DNA of 64,000 bases, taken from contig CACEWA010000001.1 of assembly GCA_902563095.1 (NCBI GenBank), forward strand, positions 104,614 through 168,613, given 5' to 3'. Both the position numbers and the translations under genes were made by a program. Source of the DNA: an uncultured Candidatus Poseidoniales archaeon. GTDB lineage: Archaea > Thermoplasmatota > Poseidoniia > Poseidoniales > Poseidoniaceae. The notes below the pieces were generated by a model, which did not search any database, was not told the origin of the DNA, and was given only the letters and a program-made list of their open reading frames with translations. This document shows positions 49,148-57,469 of the stretch, one piece after another. The first letter of the stretch is position 1; every line of letters begins with the position of its first letter.

Positions 49148-50032
49148 CTACTCTTGTTCTTCAAACGCCTTTTCAATATCGACTAAACGGGGTCCTAAGA
49201 CGATGTAAACCAAAACTAAAATTAAAGAAACACCGAACATAAACATGGTAAATGATGTTCCTGAAAGATCCTCTGCTGCATCGGTCTTGTGAGTTAGAGA
49301 CATTGCATGAATCACAGCGAATAATATCGCAACAAATTGAGCAACAGATAGCCTCAATGGAATTCCCGATTTTAGTTTCGACATTTTTCTATCTGAAATC
49401 ATCAATGCTCCGCTTATGAATAAAATTGGAAGCATAATGAAGTCAAGATAGGGGTGCTCCCCTTCTCCAAAACAAATATCACAATTCCAAGTAGACAAAT
49501 CTGGACCATATCCCGACGATGGTTGAAGCCAAATCAATCCGGCTGCTGAAAGAATCAGCATTGCATTAGCCGGAGATGATAGGCCGTAGAAATAAGGCAC
49601 GTATCCACCTTCATCGTGTTGGAATCTCGCTAAACGCAACATTCCACAAGCAATCAACCAACAACAAGCCAGTGCTAAGCTAATTGTCCAAATTGGAGTT
49701 GCTTCTCCCCATCTTCCAAACATTGTGAAAACCATCAATGCAGGAGCGACACAAAATGAAATGGAATCTGACATAATGTCAAGAGAGCCACCTAATAATT
49801 GCCTTTTTGAATATCTTCGCGCAATTGGCCCATCGACAATATCTCCTAATGCGGAAAGAAGAATGCAGAGCATTGCTGCCCAGATATAATCGGTCAAAAC
49901 GCCTCCTTCTGTGTATGGTTCTCCCATGTCATCAACGGCAAGAAGGAGTAAAAATATCGCAATTGTTCCCAATAGACCATTTACAATAGTGATGTAGTCT
50001 GCAATTCCCATCATCCTGTAAGTTGTCTTCAC
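49148..50032 (-). CDS. CDP-alcohol phosphatidyltransferase (archaetidylserine synthase-like)
   Basis: DIVDGPIARR....LGGSLD.MSD signature, LRLARF, FYGLSSP, multiple TM helices. GTG start with a GAGG SD. Confidence 0.88.
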   Translation of the reverse strand: MKTTYRMMGIADYITIVNGLLGTIAIFLLLLAVDDMGEPYTEGGVLTDYIWAAMLCILLSALGDIVDGPIARRYSKRQLLGGSLDIMSDSISFCVAPALMVFTMFGRWGEATPIWTISLALACCWLIACGMLRLARFQHDEGGYVPYFYGLSSPANAMLILSAAGLIWLQPSSGYGPDLSTWNCDICFGEGEHPYLDFIMLPILFISGALMISDRKMSKLKSGIPLRLSVAQFVAILFAVIHAMSLTHKTDAAEDLSGTSFTMFMFGVSLILVLVYIVLGPRLVDIEKAFEEQE

Positions 50033-50041
50033 AAAATCCCC

Positions 50042-50443
50042 TCAAAATGATACCTTGAATTCAATTTCGCAGGCTGGACAAGTTATTTCTCTCTCTCCGG
50101 GCCTTTTGTTCATCCTAAGTTTGCGGTCGCAGGCTGGACATGTAATTTCGACCTTCGGCCGGTTTGGTTTCAAAACAAAATGGGCATTGCATGATGCGCA
50201 TTGTAAGTTTGCAGGCCTCTTATCGACGCCGCAGACAAGTACCTTCGAACATTCTGGGCAACTGATTTTTTCCTCTCGCCACTTTTTCCGAGTACCTTCG
50301 TGCTCGACCTTGACTTGAGCATTACACATAACACAAGTTATGATTCCTAAACCGTTAGGAAGAAGATTGTCACACTTGGGGCATGTGAGGTCAGGAGCAG
50401 GTATTCTGGATTCGATTCCAGGAGTCTCTTCTTCGTCCGACAT
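50042..50443 (-). CDS. Triple zinc-ribbon protein
   Basis: Six CxxC motifs arranged as three pairs (CPKC/CVMC, CPEC/CASC, CPAC/CPAC). Confidence 0.75.
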   Translation of the reverse strand: MSDEEETPGIESRIPAPDLTCPKCDNLLPNGLGIITCVMCNAQVKVEHEGTRKKWREEKISCPECSKVLVCGVDKRPANLQCASCNAHFVLKPNRPKVEITCPACDRKLRMNKRPGEREITCPACEIEFKVSF

Positions 50444-50485
50444 TACCTGCCCCACCTAGTTATCATTCTTGAGCGATTTTGCGAA

Positions 50486-50905
50486 TCAATTTCTACGACC
50501 AATGATTTGCAAGTTTTCAAGTGTTGCCGAATCTAAGTCTAAATCTGAACCAGATAATGATGCTAATTCTCTCAACATCGTTCTTGCAGCTGCCTGAACT
50601 CTTGGGTTTGATAGGTCGATTGACCCAAGGGAGTTTTCACTGGATGTTGCACTGCCATCACTTGGAAGAGGTACTCGGTCAATAACACACCACCAGCGAG
50701 TTCGGCCCTGGTCTCTATGATTCATTACCAATCCGAGGGATTCTAATTTCCTCAAATGATGGTATAAGTTGTAGCGATCTACACCTACAATTTCCTGCAG
50801 TTGAACAGTTGTATATTCGTCAGCCTCGAGCAATGCCACGTACAATGCGCGGCGAGTTGGGTGCATCAAAGAAGTACTAACCGGGTCAGCATGAATTCTC
50901 GCCAT
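50486..50905 (-). CDS. ArsR-like winged helix-turn-helix regulator
   Basis: LMHPTRRALY..L, NLYHHLRKLESLGLV, and the wing RDQGRTRWW. Confidence 0.8.
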   Translation of the reverse strand: MARIHADPVSTSLMHPTRRALYVALLEADEYTTVQLQEIVGVDRYNLYHHLRKLESLGLVMNHRDQGRTRWWCVIDRVPLPSDGSATSSENSLGSIDLSNPRVQAAARTMLRELASLSGSDLDLDSATLENLQIIGRRN

Positions 50906-50968
50906 CGGGGTTCACCGTTGTCATATGCTACCGTCCATGAGGCTTGAAGGTAGCGTTTGAATTGAATA

Positions 50969-53641
50969 CTAAATTGAATTGTATAATGACTTAAATGAAT
51001 CTAAAGTTCCTTGCCAAATTGAATAGAAAATATCCCTAATCAATTTCAGAGTCCCCCCGGTACCTGAAAGACGTGCTCCGTTGATGATTACCCCGATAAC
51101 ACTCAATTCGTGAACCAATACTCCAATCGCTAGACTATCATTTATTCCTGTCAGTACAAGATACACTAGGAACAAGGTGATTGCTAATGAATAATAGATG
51201 TTCCATATCAGTATTGAATGCGTCCTTTTTGATAGTGATAACAACTCTGCAATAAGTCTTGGATCATCACCAGGAATCAATACATCAGCTGCTTCAAGGT
51301 TTACCGATTCTCCGGTTCCAATCGCTATGCCGACATCAGCTGCTGCCATAGCAGCCGCATCATTGAACCCGTCCCCAACCATCATTGTAATGTGAGTTTC
51401 AGACCTTTGCTGCACCCACTTTACCTTGCCTTCTGGAGTCATTTCACCTCTGGCTGCGCTCTGTTCAACCCCGATGCTTTTTGCTAGTGCGTCGACCGCA
51501 TCTTGATTGTCTCCCGAGAGGATTTCTATGTTCACTCCTTTCGCATATAGTGCACTAACCAATTCATCAGTACCTTCTCTCAAATCATCATGTACGAAAG
51601 TGAACAATGCTACTTGCTTCCCACTTTTGTATAAAGCGCTGGCACCATGCCCTTGTTTCAAAGCAGCTTCTAAAGACTTCAATAATGAACCAGAAACCAT
51701 CGACTTATCTGCTCTAAGCAACGATACTTCGTCGCCATTTAATTTTGCAGAAATCCCATTTTCAATATCCGAAATTTCTGTTAACTCGAGTGGTTCGATT
51801 GATTCATCTTTTGCTAGAGCGATGACCGCTTGAGCGTAAGGGTGATTCGAAGATGCTTCGAGACCTGCTGCTAAAGCAATAGCAGAATCTCTGCGTCTAC
51901 CTCTTGCTAGAGTCAAATTGCCAACCACTGGCTTCCCAGAGGTTAGTGTTCCTGTTTTGTCAAGCAATACTAGGTTGACCTTTGACAACGCTTCCATTAC
52001 ATCGCCACCTCTGGCTATTGCGCCTGATTTAGATGCCAATGAAAGGCTAGCAGCATGTGGAACTGGTGAAGCCAAAAGTAAGGCGCAAGGACAAGCTACT
52101 ACCCATAGCAGTAGGATAATTTTCCAATCTGCACCAGGGATAACCAACCAAGCTAATACCGCTCCGATCAGTACAAACGGTATCCAAATTGATGTGAAAT
52201 TTTGCAACGCACCCTGTAATCTAGTTGGTTTATCCTTGTAGATGTGAACCTTTTCGATTAAGCCTGAAAGTCGAGTGTCTTCTCCTACTGCAGTTACCTC
52301 GATTGTTACCGGACCGCGCGAAAGGGTTAGCCCGGCTTGTAATTCATCATCCATTGCAACATCTACTGGAACTGATTCGCCAGTTAGAGGTGCCCTGTTT
52401 ACAGAACCGGTTCCAGCGACTATTATTCCATCTGCAGGAATTAGCTCACCGCTTCTAATCTCTATATGGTCTCCTCGCATGACTAGGCCAATTGGGATTT
52501 CTTCTACAGTAGGAGCATTCGTGGCAACTGGAGTCATCATACTAGCGGCTGAAACAACTTTCATCGATGAAATGGAAAAATTACCTATTGGTTTCTTTGG
52601 TACTCTTCTTGCAGTACGCGGTAGTCGGTCAAGTCCCCCTTGCATTGCTTCTCTTGCCTTCACAAGTGCTTCATTTTCCATATGCTCAGTCCATGATACC
52701 AAAATCAAAACCATCAATGCTTCTTCCCATGCCTGCAAGTAAGATGCACCAATGACCGCTAAAGATGTCAAAACTTGGAAACCGAATTGTCTATTTTGCA
52801 CGGAAGCCCATGCTTTTGAGAACATCTTGACTCCACCTAAGGAGACTCCTGTCAAACCAATCGCACCCAAAACCCATGGGTTTTCTGTGATCAATGATTC
52901 TGTAACAATCAATACTACTAACATCAAGAATGCAATTCCTGAACCAATCATTCTCCACTGGCCGGGTGTAACGGTGTTTATTTTCTCTGGGACCAGTTTG
53001 AAATCTCTACCGATCACTTTTTTTAGAGATTCATCCAACGCAATCTGCATTTCCTTAACGAGATTCGGAACGGTTTGGAGTTTGATGTTCCCGTCTCTAT
53101 CTAATTCACATTCCAAGACTCCAGGTTGGCGCCTAAAGATTCGAGGCAATGATTTGACAGGTACGGAATGCCTTGCTGCAATTTCGCTTGATTTTACTCC
53201 TGAAATTTGCATGAATGGTATATCCGGTGGATTTCCAAGAGAACGTAAAACAGCAGAGGCTTCGGAAAGGTTTCCTTTCTCAAAATTTACATCGACTGTT
53301 ACTGTTCCATCAGTAGCACTAACCAGTGACGTGTCAACATGGCCTAGACGATTTAGAGCACTCATTGCTTCTGCAGCACAATGAGGGCAATCCATATCTT
53401 GAATTGGCCATGAAATACTATGACTACCGCTATATTCAGCTAAAACTCGCATGTCCATCGGGTCAGTTTCTTCAGCGATAACACTGTCGGTTAGCGGTTT
53501 CAAATTCTTTGATAGTGGTTTGCGAGACTTACGTGGCTTAACCTCTGGCAGAGGCGACGAGAGGTCCTCAAGGGACAGGAACTGTTCACTATCTTCCTGC
53601 ACATTATACCCTGAGAATTCATCAGTCAATAAGCCTCCCAT
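50969..53641 (-). CDS. Heavy-metal-translocating P1B-type ATPase
   Basis: HMA motif MDCPHC, LTGES.PV, ACPCAL, DKTGTLT, S.HP, MVGDGFND, VHELS in the last TM. Confidence 0.93.
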   Translation of the reverse strand: MGGLLTDEFSGYNVQEDSEQFLSLEDLSSPLPEVKPRKSRKPLSKNLKPLTDSVIAEETDPMDMRVLAEYSGSHSISWPIQDMDCPHCAAEAMSALNRLGHVDTSLVSATDGTVTVDVNFEKGNLSEASAVLRSLGNPPDIPFMQISGVKSSEIAARHSVPVKSLPRIFRRQPGVLECELDRDGNIKLQTVPNLVKEMQIALDESLKKVIGRDFKLVPEKINTVTPGQWRMIGSGIAFLMLVVLIVTESLITENPWVLGAIGLTGVSLGGVKMFSKAWASVQNRQFGFQVLTSLAVIGASYLQAWEEALMVLILVSWTEHMENEALVKAREAMQGGLDRLPRTARRVPKKPIGNFSISSMKVVSAASMMTPVATNAPTVEEIPIGLVMRGDHIEIRSGELIPADGIIVAGTGSVNRAPLTGESVPVDVAMDDELQAGLTLSRGPVTIEVTAVGEDTRLSGLIEKVHIYKDKPTRLQGALQNFTSIWIPFVLIGAVLAWLVIPGADWKIILLLWVVACPCALLLASPVPHAASLSLASKSGAIARGGDVMEALSKVNLVLLDKTGTLTSGKPVVGNLTLARGRRRDSAIALAAGLEASSNHPYAQAVIALAKDESIEPLELTEISDIENGISAKLNGDEVSLLRADKSMVSGSLLKSLEAALKQGHGASALYKSGKQVALFTFVHDDLREGTDELVSALYAKGVNIEILSGDNQDAVDALAKSIGVEQSAARGEMTPEGKVKWVQQRSETHITMMVGDGFNDAAAMAAADVGIAIGTGESVNLEAADVLIPGDDPRLIAELLSLSKRTHSILIWNIYYSLAITLFLVYLVLTGINDSLAIGVLVHELSVIGVIINGARLSGTGGTLKLIRDIFYSIWQGTLDSFKSLYNSI

Positions 53642-53677
53642 CGCAAGCGTATTGAAGAAAACCTGCTAGCGGTAAAT

Positions 53678-54394
53678 ATGCAATGGGTTCCAAATGGATG
53701 GAGACCTAAGGCTGTAGCAGTCGACATTGACGGTACAATTACCGATTACAATAAGAAATTACATCTCGATGCAATACAAGCACTGCGCCGTCTTGAAGAT
53801 GCTGGGATTCCGATTATTCTAGCAACTGGAAATGTCAGAGCCATCACCTATGGATTGTGGAGATTTATCGGTGCAAGCGGGCCTATGGTTTGCGAAAATG
53901 GCGGTGTTGTTTGGCACCCTAAATGGAGTGAGCCTATCGTCCGTGCCGATGGAGAAAGAGCAAGAAATTGTGCGAATGAAATGGCCAAGGAAATTGACAT
54001 CGACTCTCAAGGAATCACCACCAATGCATGGAGGGAATCGGAATGGTGTCTATTCGCATATGAGGATTTAGATGCTGTAAATGAATGGGTTTCCAAATCA
54101 GAATTTTCAGACCTGTCGGTAGTAAAAACTGGTTTTGCCATCCACCTTATGGAACCGCACCTCTCCAAGGGAGAAGGGCTCAAAGTTGCTCTAGAAAAAA
54201 TGGGATTGTCTCCTGAAGATGTCTTAGCGATAGGTGATGCACCCAACGACATTCCAATGTTCAATCTAGTAGGACATTCTGTAGCAGTTGGAGGATGTTT
54301 TGAGTCCTTAGCAGCCGTTGCAAAGGTAATTTCGCCTCATCTACATGGTGATACATTTGCGCCGCTAGTCGATGCTATTCTAAGCACAGAATAA
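53678..54394 (+). CDS. HAD phosphatase, archaeal phosphoglycolate phosphatase (SPP-like) type
   Basis: DIDGTIT, LATGN, ENGG, SKGEG and GDAPND motifs. Confidence 0.88.
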   Translation: MQWVPNGWRPKAVAVDIDGTITDYNKKLHLDAIQALRRLEDAGIPIILATGNVRAITYGLWRFIGASGPMVCENGGVVWHPKWSEPIVRADGERARNCANEMAKEIDIDSQGITTNAWRESEWCLFAYEDLDAVNEWVSKSEFSDLSVVKTGFAIHLMEPHLSKGEGLKVALEKMGLSPEDVLAIGDAPNDIPMFNLVGHSVAVGGCFESLAAVAKVISPHLHGDTFAPLVDAILSTE

Positions 54395-54564
54395 GCAAAG
54401 ATGGTTTCTGAAAGTGCCAATCAATGGATAACGCTCTTATTGTTAGAAGCCCTTCAGTTCGAGATTTAGTTTTACAATAATTGAGCGGCAATACTAATTA
54501 TGCCCTCTCAATCGAAAGAACAACTTCGATTATTTCCAATTATCAAAGCAGAGGTTTGATTAAA

Positions 54565-55188
54565 ATGACTACGAAAATAAAATTCGTTATTGCAACTGAT
54601 CAAACCAATAAGAAAAGGTCGGATTCTGTTGATTTGTTCAGTCAACAAATTTGGTGCTGGGGCCGAGATATTTTGCGCACAGAAGGAAATTGGTTAATTC
54701 ACCAGGGGTTTGATGGGATCTATCCCCCTGCAGAAAAGGCTGGTTGTAAAAACATATATTCCCTCTCATTATCAAGTTCGAAGAACCTAATTTTACGAGG
54801 TTTTGGAGCTATATTCTCAGACCAAGATTTTGGAACAATTTTTGTTCCAAGAACTGATTTTCGACCAAAGTATACTAGATCGGGAGAACTGGAAACGCCC
54901 CCTTGGGAAGTTGGAGATTTGTCAGACCTAAAATTCCCAGTAGGACCAGAAATAGAGCATAGTTCTTCAATGCTCATCGAACTTGTTGATTGGATAATCA
55001 AATACGAAAATGAGGTTCAAAATCAATTAGGAATCAAGTACCGAGCTAACACATTATCTGAGTGGGATAATGGAAAAAGAAGAGTAATTCCTCCTGAGGA
55101 AATTATACCTATGTGGGTCAAAATAAAAAATGGCCTTCAAGAATCCATTGCTGTACCAATAATAACCAGTGATGAGCAATCGTGTTAA
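54565..55188 (+). CDS. Hypothetical protein (accessory)
   Basis: About 207 aa ORF with a QQIWCWGRDI...GNWL..GF motif. AT-rich coding sequence. GAGG upstream of the ATG at 54565. Confidence 0.6.
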   Translation: MTTKIKFVIATDQTNKKRSDSVDLFSQQIWCWGRDILRTEGNWLIHQGFDGIYPPAEKAGCKNIYSLSLSSSKNLILRGFGAIFSDQDFGTIFVPRTDFRPKYTRSGELETPPWEVGDLSDLKFPVGPEIEHSSSMLIELVDWIIKYENEVQNQLGIKYRANTLSEWDNGKRRVIPPEEIIPMWVKIKNGLQESIAVPIITSDEQSC

Positions 55189-56213
55189 TCTATGAGCCAT
55201 ATATGGGCCAAGACTTATTTCATGATGTTAGTTGGAAAAAAAAAGTGGGTTTGATGAGGTCACAGAGAATTTGGCTGTGGATTTTACTCTCACTATCAAT
55301 CATTGCGATTTCGAGTGCGGGAGCCATCTTCCAACTCATGGAGGATGTCCCTCCTCTCCTTCGTGCATCATGGAGGTTTCAAGTAACTTCATTGCTGATT
55401 GCGCCTTTATTTGTCGTACAGTATAGAAGTATGCGAAATGACAATCACGCCATGACTAAATTTAGAATGCCAGAAACACGGTGGATTTTGATTGGTTCCG
55501 GTATCAGCCTTGGCCTCCACATGGGCGCATGGGTTTGGTCGCTAGACAATACCTCTCTCACTCACAGCCTTCTGTTTGTTACGATACATCCCCTTCTAAT
55601 CGTGTTTGGTGCACTTTTGTTAAGGAGATATGTGCCAAAACAACAAGTTTGGGGCGCGAGTATCGGTTTTATTGGAGGCGGGATTACACTTCTGGGGATT
55701 TCTGTCGAAACTGAAGTGACCTTGATGGGCGACCTTGCTGCCATCATCGGTGCTTGTGCTGTAGTGGGTTATTTTGTCGCAGGTAGAAAACTTAGGCAAT
55801 GGATGCCCTTGTTCGTTTACATCCTCCCAGTAACCTTACTCGCTGCTATCTTCCTTGCCATAATGTCCCTCATACTTGAGGGTAGTACTTTCTCAATTGG
55901 AAACGAAAACCTTTCACTATTCGGATGGATGAGTAGTGCGTGGATATTGTATGTCCTTTACCTAGCTGTTTTCCCAGGAATTGTAGGACATGCAGGAATC
56001 AGCGGCGTACTTCGCTGGTTCCCTCCCATCATTGTAAGCGTCGCTTATCTGTTTGAACCTCTTATTGGATCGTTCATTGGATGGTTACTTGGAACAACAG
56101 AAGTCCCGAGTTTATGGACATTGGTTGGCGCAACTGTTTTGATGATTGGTATGGGTTTAGTAATCAAAGGCGAGGAAGTGCTCGAAGAGGCTGGCGGTGT
56201 TGAAAATGAGTGA
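55182..56213 (+). CDS. DMT/EamA family transporter
   Basis: About 10 TM helices in two EamA-like repeats (ASWRF, H...W..SL..TS, GD..A, EP). Exact start uncertain. Confidence 0.87.
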   Translation: MLIYEPYMGQDLFHDVSWKKKVGLMRSQRIWLWILLSLSIIAISSAGAIFQLMEDVPPLLRASWRFQVTSLLIAPLFVVQYRSMRNDNHAMTKFRMPETRWILIGSGISLGLHMGAWVWSLDNTSLTHSLLFVTIHPLLIVFGALLLRRYVPKQQVWGASIGFIGGGITLLGISVETEVTLMGDLAAIIGACAVVGYFVAGRKLRQWMPLFVYILPVTLLAAIFLAIMSLILEGSTFSIGNENLSLFGWMSSAWILYVLYLAVFPGIVGHAGISGVLRWFPPIIVSVAYLFEPLIGSFIGWLLGTTEVPSLWTLVGATVLMIGMGLVIKGEEVLEEAGGVENE

Positions 56214-57282
56214 AATTTCAAATCCATCACTAATCATTGCTGGAATTATATCCGGTTTGGTTGGAGTCTTTCTCACGGGCATTTCTCGATTAGCCACTGG
56301 TGAGCAACTGATTGAAGCCGATACGATGGTTATATCTCAATACATCTTGACCAGTGCGGCAACAAGCATCATTGGCCCTGCAGTGATTTTCATTCATCGT
56401 CTCCAACAGAAAACGAACGAGATGGAATATGGCGTCCTCTCCATGAATTGGCCAAAATCCAAGGCTTCGTTAACAAAAATAGGTCCTGTTCGTGCGAAAA
56501 TTGCTTACTCATTGCGCAACCTAATCGAAGGAATTGCTTCAAAGGACGCTGATGGGCGTAGCGAGATTGTTGCCAATGAAATCGTTCATTGGACCTTACA
56601 CGAACAAGAAGCGAATGTTCGGGACTTCGGCCGTATTCAACTCATTTCACAGACACCTGGCCTATCCAAAGACGCACAGGCAAAAGACACGTATCAACTG
56701 ATCACTGAATTCGCCGAAAGCGGGGATGCTATTTTCGCTACAGCCTTCACTAACACGCGTCTATGGTGGCTAAGACCACAAACTGGTGAGAAATTTCTCA
56801 ACTTCAACCTTGATCTTATCAGCCGAGGACTAAGCATTAACCGAATCTTCGGCATCAACCACCCTGATTGGCCGGGTTTCAACCTCGCCGAAGATGAACA
56901 AGGTGCAAAAAAGGAATTGATTCAGCTTCATGCAAATATAAAAGGGACTGAAACCTATACAATAGAATACGATTCATTCAACAATTCAATGATTCGGTCA
57001 CGCTACAACATCGACTTACGCGATTGTATGTTACTCGTGCGTAACGGAAAGCCATATTTCGGACTTGAATGGGCAGTGGACGTTTTCGGAGAGGCAGATA
57101 AGGTCTATGTCGTGTTTGGCCAATCTCAATTGAACAGCCTTTATGACAACCTTCAATCGATTCTTCGTGTTGAGGAGTCCGACGGATTGACACAAATTGA
57201 AGCAAATTCACCCCTTGATACCATTACAGAAGATGGCCGAAAAGAAGCTATGAGATCCCTTAACGGCATTCTAGGCAATTAG
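56206..57282 (+). CDS. Hypothetical protein: 2 N-terminal TM helices plus a DUF6879/PLD-like C-terminal domain
   Basis: Two hydrophobic segments, then WW....GEKFLNFN.DLI.RGL.INRIF ... DCMLL, resembling PLD-like sensor folds (by eye). Confidence 0.5.
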   Translation: MSEISNPSLIIAGIISGLVGVFLTGISRLATGEQLIEADTMVISQYILTSAATSIIGPAVIFIHRLQQKTNEMEYGVLSMNWPKSKASLTKIGPVRAKIAYSLRNLIEGIASKDADGRSEIVANEIVHWTLHEQEANVRDFGRIQLISQTPGLSKDAQAKDTYQLITEFAESGDAIFATAFTNTRLWWLRPQTGEKFLNFNLDLISRGLSINRIFGINHPDWPGFNLAEDEQGAKKELIQLHANIKGTETYTIEYDSFNNSMIRSRYNIDLRDCMLLVRNGKPYFGLEWAVDVFGEADKVYVVFGQSQLNSLYDNLQSILRVEESDGLTQIEANSPLDTITEDGRKEAMRSLNGILGN

Positions 57283-57359
57283 AATTACAATTAATTCTCG
57301 TTGTACCTAAGGTTGGACTTGGTTGATGCAAACATCACTACTCATCAATGAAAAGTAGG

Positions 57360-57441
57360 TGCCGGAGGTAGGATTTGAACCTACGAAGCATTTCGCAGCG
57401 CATCTTGAGTGCGCCCCCTTTGACCACTCGGGTACTCCGGC
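57360..57441 (-). tRNA. tRNA-Leu (CAA), CCA not encoded
   Basis: Reverse complement reads GCCGGAG...GCGCA-CTCAAGA-TGCGC, with a variable arm, GGTTCAAATCC, and CTCCGGC-A. Confidence 0.95.
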
Positions 57442-57469
57442 TTGAGCCCAGCGCAGAGTTCATCAAACA

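Noticed and set aside
54395-54480. Possible attL/attR duplicate of the tRNA-Leu 3' end
   Set aside because: I found no copy of GGTGCCGGAGGTAGGATTTGAACC at the left edge of the islet and no integrase, so no mobile element is called.
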